Of a stretch of DNA of 64,000 nucleotides, positions 1-14,130 are shown piece after piece; the first letter of the stretch is position 1; the number at the start of each line of letters is the position of its first letter. Under the pieces are notes generated by a model that had not been told where the DNA came from, searched no databases, and saw nothing but the letters and a program-made list of their open reading frames with translations. This stretch comes from Octopus vulgaris (Eukaryota): positions 49,600,001 to 49,664,000 of the forward strand of contig OX597835.1 in the NCBI GenBank assembly GCA_951406725.2, read 5' to 3'. Both the position numbers and the translations under genes were made by a program.

Positions 1-14
1 TTATTATTATTATT

Positions 15-1832
15 CAGTAGTTTTATTTTTATTTTTATAGCGTGCTTTCACTTCACTACCGAGCGCAGCTCTGTGTGCCTTGGGTATGTGCTGTGATTTG
101 TTGTGATGCTCTGATGGTTATTGTATGGAAAGTGTTCTGCGTAGGATGTGGGCAGTGCCTAGTAGTGCAATTTTCTGTATGTTATATGTGTTTGTAAGTC
201 CTGGTGTTTTTGTTATGTATTTGTCTGAATATTTTTTTATCATGCCTAATGCACCTACTATGATAGGAATTGTTTCTGTTTTCAGATTCCACATTCTAGT
301 TACCTCTATTTCCAGGTCTTTGTATTTTGAGAGTTTCTCCATTTCTTTTAGAGACACGTTGTCATCTGCCGGTATTGATACATCAATTAAAAAGCATTTT
401 TTTCTTCATGATCTCTGACAACTATATCTGGTCTGTTGGCCTTAATTTCTCTATCTGTGTGTATCGGCATATCCCAGAGTATGGTTGCTTTCTCGTTTTC
501 TGTGACCTTTTCTGGTGTGTGCCTATACCATCTTTTTTCTGTTGTTATTCCATAATGTTGGCATAGCTTCCAATGTATGTAGGTTCCAACTCTGTCATGT
601 CTGTGAATATATTCCTTCTTAGCCAGGACTGGGCAGCTAGAGATAATATGATTTATTGTTTCTTGTCCATCTCCACATATTCTGCAGTTACTTGTAATAT
701 TTCTTTTCATTACATGTTTTTGGTAATTTCTGGTGGGGAGGCTTTGGTCTTGTGCTGCAATTAAAAATCCCTCTGTTTCTGCTTTGAGTCCTGAGCTTCT
801 CAACCATTGCTGGGATTTTTCTTTGTCTATTTCTTTTGCGTTTAGTTTAGTGCAGTATTTACCATTTCTTGCCATCGTTTTATCATGGCTCGTTGCTGTT
901 CTGTTTTTAGTTTGGATTTCATTTGTTTTATAGCTTTTGTTGTTTCTTCATCTTCTTCTTCTTCTTCATGTTTATTAGGTGGTATGATTTCTTGTTTGTA
1001 TTTGTCAGCTTCCTTAAATACTGAGAACAGTTTTTTGTTTTGCTCGTGTTTTGCCGCTATCTGGATCAGTTTTCCTTCCTTCTGAAGTAGATATTTTTGC
1101 AGTCCTATGGTGGTTATTTTATAGTAGTTTTCCAGCTGTATAAGGCCTCTACCACCTTCCATACGTTGTATATATAGTCTTTCTATGTCAGATTTTGGGT
1201 GATGCATCCTAGATCCTGTCATTATTTTCTTGTTTTCCTATCTATTTTGGTCAGTTCATTTCGTGTCCAGTTAAGGATATTGTAGCTGTAACTTATAACT
1301 GGGACAGCTAAAGTGTTGATACCTATTATCTTGTTTTTAGCATTGAGCTCTGTGTTTAGTATTGATCTAACTCGTCTATAATATTCTTTTTTTATTTTCT
1401 CTTTCATTTGTGTGTGTTGTGTCTTATCTAGTTCATGGATTCCTAAGTATTTGTAAGTTTGGCTTTGGTCTAATTCTTTTATTTCATTGGTTTTATCTAG
1501 TGTGATGTTGTTACTCTTAACTAGTTTTCCTCTTTTCATGGTTACTTTGGCGCATTTTTCTAATCCAAATTTCATATCTATTTCTTTGGTAAATCCATGA
1601 ACTGTCTTTAATAGTGTTTCCAGCTGTTTGTCATTTGCAGCGTATAGTTTTAGGTCATCCATATATAAAAGGTGGCTGATCGTTTTGCCGTAACATTTAT
1701 ATCCGCATCCAGTTCTATTTAGCATATCAGATAGAGGTGACAGTGCCAAGCAGAAAAGGTGGAGAGAGCGTGTCTCCTGGAATATTCCTCTTCTAATGGG
1801 GATGTCTTTGGTTTTCATGAGTCCCTCTTTTG

Positions 1833-1836
<4 letters not shown>
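15..1836 (-). mobile_element. 5'-truncated R4/Dong-like non-LTR retrotransposon (RT, CCHC knuckle, restriction-like endonuclease), frameshifted
   Basis: Consecutive minus-strand ORFs (1222-1818, 842-1222, 387-875, 118-357) give RRGIFQ, HLLYMDDLKLY (YMDD 1654-1665), YKYLG, GGRGL, CRICGDGQETINHIISSC, RHD, RPDIVV, KYKDL, GALG and IQKIALLGTAHILRR. A 3' UTR of about 100 nt ends in (TAA)n at 1-14, and the 5' end abuts (TAA)n at 1837-1903. Confidence 0.93.
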
Positions 1837-1904
<68 letters not shown>

Positions 1905-1978
1905 CCGCCAACACCAACAAGAGCAGCACCAATAATAACCACTACTAGCAATAACATTGCCATGAGCGACGAATGCAT

Positions 1979-2053
<75 letters not shown>

Positions 2054-3281
2054 ACAATAAAAGCAACCACAACAGACACACACAAACAAGACAATTGATA
2101 CAATATTATGGTGTAAGAACGTGTGACAACTTGAAATCGAATTGTCTTAAAAGGTAATTTAAAGACTTTTCCAAATAGATACAAATAGAATCTTCAAATT
2201 TGGCCAGAACTTTGGGAGTTGGCGGCGGCGACGGTGGTGGTGGTGGTGGTGGTAGTGGTGGTGTGGATGTATTTTAGTGGAGATAGATTCGGGGAGAAAA
2301 CAGAGCAAGGAGGGAAGGAAAATTGAGATATTAGAGACAATGGCTGGCGGGCTCTTTACTGGTCGGGGTTCTGTCTTGCCTGTCTGTCTGTCGGTTCGTC
2401 TGCCTGAAGGCTCTGTTTGTACGGTACAGAACGGAACCGGGTCGTGTTGGTGGTGTGAGCGAGTGGTCGAGTTGGTTTACAAGAAGAGAGAAGAGGAAGT
2501 TAGTGTGGCCAGTGAGAAGAGGAAAGGAGAGAGGCAGACAGACGGACAGATAAGTATAGACAGAGAGAGAGAGAGAGAGAGAGAGGAAGAAGGACGTTGT
2601 TACATAGGTTGGTGAGGAAAGAGAGGGAGGCTGGAAAGAGGAAGATGGTCAAAGTAGCATGTTTGTAAATACGTTAGAGACAGTTGGTTATAAATCAAAT
2701 TAATACTAAGCCATCATTTGATTGGTCTGTCTCGCAGAGCCAACTGACGCCGCCATTTAACATCGCTACTAAATCTCCATTGTTTTTTTCTCTTCAATCT
2801 CTCTCTTTCTCTACTTTCACTTTTGCGTCCCCTAGTCTCTTCAATCTCTCATTTTCTCTCGACTCCCACTTTTATTTTTCCCGCTCAATTTCAATCTGTT
2901 CCGATCGTTTTAACTGTTGTCTTTATTGTATAATTAACTTTACACTTCCGGTTCAGTCGTTACTCTCATCCATCTCTCTATTGCCGATCGAGCTTTCTTT
3001 CCTTCCTTCCATAAACGTTTGCGATTTAGATTTTGTTTGTGCTTTTAAAACATTTCTCTCCCGCCGCTTCCTTCCTTCCTTTCTCACCTTTTACTTCCGT
3101 TGGTTGCAACTAGTTAGTGGCATCCATCCTTCGTTTTCTTCTTCTCTTTCTTCTAATAGTAACCGCCATTTTGTTGATGTTGATTCTCTTCTTGAAGGCG
3201 ATGATGAGAATGTTATCTCGGATAGAAAAACATAGGAACTATCATGTACGATTCTAATTGATCTGGGACACTTCCAACCTA

Positions 3282-3335
<54 letters not shown>

Positions 3336-4172
3336 TCTATTACTGTCTATCTTTGATTCTCTTCGCATTCTCTTACAAACACAAATTTTTGTAAGTTTTT
3401 ACCTTTAACAATTACTACATGCGTTCGGACTTGTCCGCCTGTCAGTCACCCTGTTACTACCTTCTCCAAGTAATCTCTTTCTTATCTTTCCTCGCATTAC
3501 CTTGCTCACCTCTTCATGAGGATTCATTTGTTCAATCAGTTATATTACCTGCTCCTGAATTAACATCTTAGTGACTGGCAATTTCATAGACACATGAATC
3601 TTTAACGTAATTCTTAAGCAGAATTAGAGTGACACAACGTATAATGTGACTGTACCTTCTGAAATACAGAAGCCTTCCATGCGTCAGGCTTTATGCAGTC
3701 CCCGTCAACTCAGAAGGATGCTAGGCAGAGGGTTGAAATGTTTAAATATAGGAACAGATTTGAATGACTGAAACAGTATCTATAACTGAAGGGGCGCAAT
3801 CACACCGAAACATGTGTCTGGCAATCTGCAGGCATCATTTAGTACGATGCATTTATACACACTTAATCTATAAGGGAAATATTTTCTCCTGGCGACAGGA
3901 GTCGCGCTGTGAATTTCTTCTTCGGTCTTAGTGGGCAGGGGTGTATTCATACCAGCAATAAATTGTTGCCTGCACGCACGGAACTCGGTAATTATTTTTC
4001 TTTAATGAAATGCATGTATAAGCAGGGTTGGTAGAGCATCGTGCAAAATTTTCTGCGGTATTTAAGCATACATCTCCACATCATAAGTTCAAATTTCAAT
4101 TTGTAGTCTTTCTTTCCGAGATCGATTAAATTTTGACCAGTAATCAATATAATCGATTATACTAATCAATAT

Positions 4173-4432
4173 AAGTGGCACTCCGTCAGATACGACGACG
4201 AGTGTTCTAGTTGATCTAATCAACGGAACAGCCGGTTCGCATACTCTTAAAGTAGTTCTCAGGGAGATTCAGCGTCACACGGAATGTGACGTGGCTCATA
4301 TTTACTAGCCGAGAGCAATGGATCAACGTAAAATATTGTGTAGCTTAAGGACACAACGAGCCATCAGGTATCGAACTCACCACCTTACGATCGTGAACTG
4401 AATGCCTCTAACCACTCAGCCACGCGCCTTCA
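4173..4432 (-). mobile_element. tRNA-derived SINE (family D)
   Basis: Minus-strand head ggcgcgTGGCTGAGTGGttag...GAGTTCGATACC carries Pol III A and B boxes, followed by a non-tRNA body. Confidence 0.75.
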
Positions 4433-4924
4433 CACTAATCAATATAATAGACTAAACAAATGACCACTGATTTGTGGATTCCAGCCTATGCTAGAAATAA
4501 TCGGCATCATCATCATCATTGTCATCGTCATTATCAACATCATCGTTGTCGCTGTCGTCCTCCTCCTCTTCTCCATCATCATCATCATCATCGACGCACT
4601 TGTCCTCATCATCATAACAGTTGTTGCTATTTTCACTATCGTTGTTATGGACTCCGTCGACGTTTCTTATTTTCTTTGCTATTCTGTTAATTTCAAGTCG
4701 TGTATGTATGTGGGTGGGTATACATAAACATATATATATATATATATGTTTAGTTCAATGTATTTATATATACATGTATATAGATATATGTGTATATATA
4801 CACACACGCAGATATAAGTGCGCGTGCGTGTGGGGGGGGGAAAGCGGGAAAGACTAACTCCTACGCACACACAATCAGACTCTCCTACGTACACACACAA
4901 ACACAAGGCCACACATACATACAA

Positions 4925-4979
<55 letters not shown>

Positions 4980-4996
4980 GTATATATATATTTATA

Positions 4997-5032
<36 letters not shown>

Positions 5033-5580
5033 TGTATGTATGTATGTATACGCATGTACACAGACTTTAATAATTAAGTGATTGGGAAGGCAGTTATTAA
5101 TTGATGAAATCCAATTATGAATATTTGATAAAGACACAATTTAGAAGTGAAATGAGGAGTCTGGTCGCTTCCTCTCTGTTCTTTTGTTTGGTATCGTCAT
5201 CTCTCTGCCAACATGTCTGCTCTTGGCACCGTGACACTCCATCGCGTCCACTCTAACTTGGGCTTGGTAGTGAGGGGGGGTGATGGAGAGGAGAGGGGGC
5301 TGATTGGAATTGGTGATGCTTATGATGATGCTGGTAATGGTTGTTATAATGGTCGGCGATGACGGTTAATGCGAGGTTGTTGATGATAATGCTGATGATG
5401 GTGGTGATGAAGCTTGTAACAGTGGCAGTGGTGACGGTGGTTGTATCGGGAGTGGTCGGTCGGTAAGCTGATAGTGGTGGTGACGGAGAATGTGGCGGTC
5501 GATGGTTGGTAGTTGTGGCGGTGGTTATCTGAGGAGAGTGTTGGATGATATGACGGTTTAGTGATTGTAATGTAGTGGCG

Positions 5581-5638
<58 letters not shown>

Positions 5639-6327
5639 CAGCAGCAGTGTGGGTGATGGTGTTTTAATGGCCATAGAAGCAATACAGGATGAATTTCGAA
5701 AGTATAAGGGGTGTTTTGATAGCTCTAGGTGTTCGGGTGGTGGTTGTAAAGGTGATAGTGGTGGCGATGAGGACGAAGCTCGTGGCAGGGATGCTGATGA
5801 TGATGGTGGTGGTGGTGGTGCTGTTCCTGGTAGTGGTGGTGATGTTGACGAGGGTGGTGATGGTGGGCGTGTCATGGAAACTGAGATGTAAGTGGCGGAG
5901 AGGTACCAGTACATTTCAGACTTACGTAAATTCGTAGATCAATACTGAGTAGCGTTTCGGAGTAGATACCGTCATCATGTTCATCATCGACAGCAACAGC
6001 AGCTCCATCTTCATTATCATCGGCATCACATCTAACATCACCTTCCTCCTCCACCTACTCATCATCATCATCGTCATCATCATCATCGTCATCATTACCA
6101 TCGTCATCATACACATGTCTTCGCATATATTAATTTGAGATTAATTTTCATTGAACGTTTAGACTAATAACAACTTTTAATTATTAGAAAGAGGACTCAG
6201 TACAAAAGTAAGATCGAACTGAAATAAAATTTATTTTGCGCGGGACTTCAACGAGTTCCATAAACTATGAAGGGCAACAGGAACAGGCCATTCCATAAAA
6301 CTTGCAATCCCAGTCAAATTTAATTTT

Positions 6328-6417
<90 letters not shown>

Positions 6418-6429
6418 ATGTATGTATAC

Positions 6430-6625
6430 AGGCGGCGAACTAGCAGAAACGAATTGCTTAGCGGTATTTCATCTGTATATACGTTCCGAGTTCAAATTCC
6501 GCCAAGGTCCACTTTGCCTTTCACTCTTTCGGGGTCGATAAATTAAGTACCAGTTGCGTACTGGGATCGATCTAATCGACTGACTTCCTTCCCCCAAAAA
6601 TTCGGGCCTGGTGCTTAATGTAGAA
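6430..6625 (+). mobile_element. SINE family A
   Basis: ggcggcga...gagttcaaattccgcc...ctttgcctttca..ctttcggggtcgataaattaagtaccag. Homologous copies occur throughout the window. Confidence 0.85.
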
Positions 6626-7263
6626 AAGTATAGATATAGATATAGATAGATATAAATATAGGTTATAAATATTATACACAATGCATCGCTGCTGTGCATA
6701 AGACAATGGTTTAAATCTCTCTCTCTCTCTCTCTCTACCTCTTCGTCTCTTATTCTGTCTACCTTTCTCTCTTGTTCTCTCTTAGTCCCTTTCTTACAAA
6801 ATATACAAAAAAAAGGGGGTCGTGATTGTTGTTTAACCCTTTTCTTTGCACCAAATTAACCTTCTCGGCGTCTTCGTTTTTTATAAGAACTTCCCAGAGT
6901 CAGAAGGAAAGCAAACACTCAAAAGAAACACATAAAAGCAAAGGCAAAACAAACAAAAAAGTATACAATAAAAACTAAAAGACAGCCACGGTATTTCTGT
7001 GTCTTTATCTTCTCCAGATAAGCTATTGAATCTATTCACTTGGTCAGGATTAGCTGCAAGGTCCTCCCCCCCACTTTCTCTTTTTGCTTTTCCTTTCTTT
7101 TTGTTGAGTTATTTTTGCTAATGCTTTTGTTGTTGTTTTTTTATCTTTGTGCAGTTTGTTGCCATTTTGCCGCGTAACTTCCTTGTTTTTGTTTCTTCTT
7201 CTTCTTCTTCTTCTTCTTCTTCTTCTTCTTCTTCTTCTTCTTCTTCTTCTTCTTCTTCTTCTT

Positions 7264-7299
<36 letters not shown>

Positions 7300-7924
7300 T
7301 TACCTCTTCATTCCCTTTTTAAATATTATTATTATCATTATTATTGTTATTACTTTCATTGTTGTTATTACTTTCATTATTGTTACTATTATTATTATTA
7401 TTATTATCATCGTTAGCATCATCGTCGTTGTTGTTGTTGTTGGTTTTTTGTTTCGCTTGTTATCCTCTCATCCACCAAGGCACCAATATCGCCACCAGCG
7501 CCACCATCGCCATTTCTTGGATGATAAACTTTTAGAACCGAAAGAGAAAAGAGAAAAATATCAACAAGATAACCCCAAACACACACACATGCACACGCAC
7601 GCACACACGCACACACACGCACACACATGCACACGCACGCACGCACACACATGCACACGCACGCACACATACACCCCCATGCATCCTCTCTCACGTGCAC
7701 ACCTACAAACAGTGCGAAACAGCGTGCATCTGCTAATTGGAAGGCAAATGCATCCATTGGATCTCTGAGAGAGAGAGAGACAGAGAGACAGACAGACAGA
7801 GAGGGAGGAGGTTGAAAAATAGAGACGGAGTGAGAAAGACCGACAGACAGACAGTCAGAGGAAGTTAGAGAGGGAATGTGTATGATGCGTGTGTTTACGA
7901 GAGAAATGCGTGCGTTTGTCTTTG

Positions 7925-8300
<376 letters not shown>

Positions 8301-8487
8301 GCAGACAGACGGCCATACAGACAGACAGAGCATATGTAGAAAGTAAAAAAGATAAACGTAGAGAAAAGAAAGAATGAGAGAGAGAGAGAGAGAGAGTGAA
8401 GGATTGCTACACATGTGTCTGTCTTACAACTAAACTCACTACAACTACGACGACAACTATAGCTACTACTACTACTACTACTACTAT

Positions 8488-8524
<37 letters not shown>

Positions 8525-8873
8525 GCGATGACGACTACAACTGAAGATTAATAATCAGAAAATTAGCTTGTAGCCCCAGGAGAACATCGTCTCCAGCTGG
8601 CTTTAGGCACACTTTCTGTGCCCTTATGTAGCTACAAGCTACAGTAACACCCACCCTTAGTAGTTAGCCATATTGAGATGGCAAATATACCTCATATTGT
8701 CGTGCAGTTACTGTTTATACCTCGTTCAGAGATTCATTATATGTATATATATATATATATATATGTATAAAAGCGGAAGTGAGCTAGAATATCAAGACTT
8801 ATATATTATTATTATTTCTAAATCTCTGAGCGAGAAACATTCAGTAACAGTACTCTAGAATAATGAGTATTTG

Positions 8874-8985
<112 letters not shown>

Positions 8986-9415
8986 TGCAAAGTGCCTGGC
9001 TGGCTCTAAGTATATCGCGAACACTTTTGTTCCAGACCCCACTTCGCAAGTCCTTTTACAGGGCTTAGATAAACTGAAGGACCCCTGCAATAAGTGTGTG
9101 AATCTGTGAGATGGGAATCTGTTAAATTAAATCAAAATTAATTCAGAGTCCGGTATTTTCTTTTACAGAAAGCTAGGAACTTTTCGACACCATCTCGTTT
9201 ATATTGCACTTCATATTCGTGGCTCCGATGAAGCTACAAGGTGTAATTCAGGCACTCAACAATGATTCTACTGCATCTTATAGCAGAAATAGCTGTAAGC
9301 TACTGAGGTTCATAAGAAAACCATTTTTCTTTTGTCATCTCTCTTTCTTATTAAAGCAATATTCGGCTAGCACTTCGTTCTACACTAGGCTATTAGTCTC
9401 GGAATACCAAAGTGA

Positions 9416-9448
<33 letters not shown>

Positions 9449-9509
9449 ATGTATGTATGTATGTATGTATGTATGTATGTATGTATGTATGAATGTATGC
9501 ATGTATGTA

Positions 9510-9880
9510 TGTTTATCATTGTTCAGTTTTATTTCAAGATTTCTTACCAATAGAGAAAGAACCGGTTTCTAACCTAGATCCAAGGCTCCTTCATTGGAAT
9601 TTGAACATCAACAACAGGGTATTTTTGTATGTATATCCGTATAGGTTCAGATTTGTATTATGTATGCCTTATGTATGCATTCTCATGCATATAGTTGCAT
9701 ATCTAGACATGCTCATTTATATTCAAATGTTAAACTTCTGGAAAGTTTTACAGACTTTTACAGTTCCAGTGATAGATTGGATCTGTACTCTTCGAATTAG
9801 CTTTCTCCTTTCTTGTTTTGAGAAGCCTAATTTCTCAACTTAGGTATTTAGTCAGTATGTTACATATCCCAGAACCCCAG
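9510..9880 (-). mobile_element. 3' remnant of an RLE-type LINE (C-terminus plus 3' UTR)
   Basis: Minus strand reads GVLGYVT...VEKLGFSKQERRKLIRRVQIQSITGTVKVCKTFQKFNI*. This is a GALG-like motif followed by the terminal helices typical of RLE endonuclease C-termini, with in-frame stops. Confidence 0.55.
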
Positions 9881-9891
9881 CATGTATGTAT

Positions 9892-10035
9892 ACGAAGGGC
9901 TTCTTTCATTTTCCGTTCACTAAATTTACTCACAAAGCTTTAGTCGGCCCGAAGGTGTCAAAGGTACCACAGAGTGGACCTGAACTCGGAACCATGTGTT
10001 TGGAAAGTAACCTTCTTACCATACAGCCACGTCTG
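9892..10035 (-). mobile_element. SINE family B head, partial
   Basis: Reverse complement aligns with 11722-11885. Confidence 0.75.
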
Positions 10036-10046
10036 TGCATATAAAA

Positions 10047-10085
<39 letters not shown>

Positions 10086-10819
10086 CTTGTGTACTCACAT
10101 TATACAAGTACATTGGTTGCGTAGTTTCGCAGCCGGCTGAGTACAAGGCTGCAGAGAAAGGTTGACGTTGTCTTTCGTCCGTTACGAGGCCAACAAAATA
10201 AGAACTTCACCAGACAAAGCACTGAGATCGATATGATCGATTGAATACGTCCTGAAGGCGATGTCTCAGCGTGGCGTTAATCGGTGTGACTAAAACAAAC
10301 ACCTAACAATCAACAATATCGCAAAGAATGAAAAAGAAAAAAAGCAAGAACAACAACAATAACAATCAATAAGAAAGAAGGGATGGAATAATCAGACATG
10401 AGTCTAAACAACACTGGGAGATCAATAAGCGAAGAATAAAATCAAAAACAAACATTGGAAAGGAAATGTGAAAACAAACAAAAAACGGAATATTACATAA
10501 AACTTTAGATAAGGCATAGCATCAAAGTTTAGAGTTATCTCCCTTGAAATGCACTCACCAGTCTTATGAAACCCAGAAATAGTTTTCTCTTTCTTTTTCT
10601 CTCTTTTGATGCTTATGATTTTCTATTTCATATTGTTAGACTTTCATTTCTCAACCTCTCACTTTCCCTCTCTTTCTTTCACTTTGATATTCTTAATGTT
10701 TCTCCTGTTTCCTCGTCATCCCACCTTAACCATCGAACATTGCCCACATTATATTTCTCGTGTTCTTCATTTCCCATCTGCATCATTCTTTCTCATCTAC
10801 TTTCTCTCTCACTTTCTCT

Positions 10820-10885
<66 letters not shown>

Positions 10886-11666
10886 TCTCTATGTCTCATA
10901 CACACACACGTTCTCACTGACTGAGGCACATTTGCATTTAGTGTCCGCATACTATATAGCAATATAGAATTCATTAAGGATGTAGTAGGAATAATATCTC
11001 TTATGTCAATCGTTTTGTTGATTCGCCCAAGACCGATTGTGAATCAACGACCCACGCAGGGAACATTCCAGAGTCTTTGGACGGTTAGCAAGTATATCAT
11101 ACGATAGACCATCAAACTTCTTGCAAAGCCAGTTCTAATCACAGCGAAGACAGCTTTGCCTCTCGCTTTACGGGCAGGTAACAGGAGACGATTTCTTTAT
11201 CTTGTACAGCTGACAAGATGGTCGTTTCGAAACTACAACTGAAGACAAAATAAGGGGAGACAACACCTGTAACTCTTGCCGGCGTATTCCATGATAAACG
11301 CTGTTTCTCATAACTTTCTACCACAATGTTTCATACACACACACACACACATGCATACAAATATCAAACACATACATATGCATACATGCAAACATACATA
11401 GGTATACTAATATACACACATGCATACATACATACATGCATACATACATGCATACATACATACAACATAAATTATATATTGTGGGCTTAAATGTTTCTTT
11501 CGATTTTATTCAGAAAGTTTTTTTGTGTGGGATTGAAATATTAAAAATTTCCGTCCAAACTTTATTTCTAGAACATTCTGTCAGTGGGGTGGGGTAGCGT
11601 TAAATAGTAATGTTAATACTTCATTATGCGAATGTATATCTACCTACCTATCTATCCATGCATGTA

Positions 11667-11721
<55 letters not shown>

Positions 11722-11724
<3 letters not shown>

Positions 11725-12120
11725 CGCAGGAGTGGCTGTGTGGTAAGTAGCTTGCTAACCAACCACATGGTTCCAGGTTCAGTCCCACGGCGTGGCACCT
11801 TGGGCAAGTGTCTTCTGCTATAGCCCCGGGCCGACCAAAGCCTTGTGAGTGGATTTGGTAGATGGAAACTGAAAGAAGCCCGTCGTATATATATATATAT
11901 ATATATATGCGTGTATGTTTGTGTTTGGCCCTCTAGCATTGCTTGACAATCGAGGCTGGTGTGTTTATGTCCCCGTTACTTAGCGGTTCGGCAAAAGAGA
12001 CCGATAAAATAAGTACTGCGCTTACAAAAAGAATAAGTCCTGGGGTCGAATTGCTCGATTAAAGGCGGTGCTCCAGCATGGCCACAGTCAAATGACTGAA
12101 ACAAGTAAAAGAGTAAAGAG
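11722..12120 (+). mobile_element. Bipartite SINE: tRNA head plus CORE-like body (B), internal (AT)n, 3' module (C)
   Basis: A box tggctgtgtgg, B-box-like ggttcagtcc and CORE-like ccttgggcaagtgtctt. The 3' module ends ...ccagcatggccacagtcaaatgactgaaacaagtaaaagag. It resembles the octopus OR-type CORE SINEs (from recollection). Confidence 0.85.
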
Positions 12121-12152
<32 letters not shown>

Positions 12153-12225
12153 CATATATACTGAGTACATTGAGTACTCTTTCTTTCAGTTAGACACTCT
12201 TATGTATGCATATACATGCATACAG

Positions 12226-12289
<64 letters not shown>

Positions 12290-12520
12290 CATCTAGCATT
12301 ACATCCATTGCTGTCCATGTGTTTTCCAGATAATTCCGTCTCTTCCGTTCGTTCTTTATCTAATCTCTATTCTTTCGCTTTGTTTTAATTCCGCCCATCC
12401 TCCCATGACATCCCACCCTCCTCTATCACAATCCTCCCACCCACGCCTCTCCCTACAAACATAATGCTGTTTGTTTGCTTTATATTTGCCTTCCTCCGCC
12501 CGTTCCTCTTCCTGCTCTTC

Positions 12521-12552
<32 letters not shown>

Positions 12553-13026
12553 CTTCTTCTTCTTCTTCTTCTTCTTCTTCTTCTTCTTCTTCTTCTTCTT
12601 CTTCTTCTTCTTCTTCTTCTTCACTATCTTCAATTGATACATATCACCTTTCAACTTTTTTCTTTCTTTTCATCTTCTTCCTTCATTGCTCTTACCTCAC
12701 CCTCGCCCCTTCACACACACACACACACACACGTTCTCCTTTGTTCGTTCGCTTAGTCTTTTACATTATTCTCCTTTCACGTTGTCGAGCGAAACCCTTG
12801 CCTAGTTGCCAGACCTGTTAGAAATAGCAGCAATCTACATTCAAGTCAAGCAACAAAGCCTTTTAACAAGAAGTCTTTGTTGTTGTTGTTGTTGTTGTAA
12901 TACTTCGACTGTTAAATGTACACACACATGATATTGGGAGAATAAGTTTTCCAAACCACAACACACAAACACATATACACACCGGTATACACGCACAGAC
13001 ACACGCACACACACACACACACACAT

Positions 13027-13200
13027 CTTTTACTTGTTTCAGTCATTTGGACGCGGTCATGCTGGGGCCACCGCCTTTTCGCCGAGAAAATTGACCCCAG
13101 GACATTTTAAACCCTGGTATTTTTTCAATCGGTCTTTTGCCGAACCGCTAAGATACGGCGGCCGTAAATGCACCACCAAGCGGTGGGGTGGGGGGACAGA
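13027..13200 (-). mobile_element. SINE 3' module C
   Basis: ttttacttgtttcagtcatt...ggtcttttgccgaaccgctaag is the reverse complement of 11930-12120. Confidence 0.8.
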
Positions 13201-13224
13201 CACAGACACAAAGACACACACAAA

Positions 13225-13257
<33 letters not shown>

Positions 13258-13333
13258 TAGAAATAATGAATTTGGAACGATAAAGTGGTTTTATAAAGTC
13301 AACTGTCACGTTTTGTTGACTTTATACAACCAC

Positions 13334-13392
<59 letters not shown>

Positions 13393-14098
13393 GGTTCGGC
13401 ATTAGAAACCTATAAAATAAGTATCAAGTTTTATAAAATACCCTGGGGTGGACTCGTTGGACTAAGTCCCATCAAGGCTTTGTGCCTCATGACCGCTGTC
13501 CAATGACTGAGGATATTTGAAAGCCGATATAGATTTTGTTTGGTTGGTTTATTGGTCGATTTCTCCAGTCAGGTTTTACATGGTATAGCAAAAGAGGGAT
13601 GTAGAGAGCATTAACATAAGAGGTACAGAATGAGTGCATATGCTAGGCTTAGTGGCAAGCAATGTGTAAAAGAACGCTACATACAGAAACACCCCAACAT
13701 ACTGGGAAAGAATCAAAGAGATGGAGAAGAAGGAAAGGCAGGGGGAGGGAATGATTCGTGAGATTTTGTATTCCTTCCATTATTTTGTATCTTTACTAAG
13801 AAATTTGAAAGAAGTTAAATTACAAATTATTTGATGTAGGCCATATTTCCTGGTATCACACACACACACACACACACACACATTAGGGGATGACATACAA
13901 AATATTATACATAATGTTGTAAGGCTTTAACGCATTTAGTTAATTAATGTTACACCTGTAATGAAGAGAAAAAGTATCAGCATTTAGTATAAAGGTGATG
14001 ACGGTGTGGTAGGAGTGTTGGCTGCGGTGCTGCTGGTTAGGAGGGTGGGGGTTGTTTTATTGTCGTTGTTGTTGTTGTTGTTGCTGCTGCTGTTGTTG

Positions 14099-14130
<32 letters not shown>

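Noticed and set aside
11150-11185. Second ratchet-like site ctttacgggCAG|GTAACA
   Set aside because: Weaker donor, purines next to the AG, and it lies in a probable repeat fragment.
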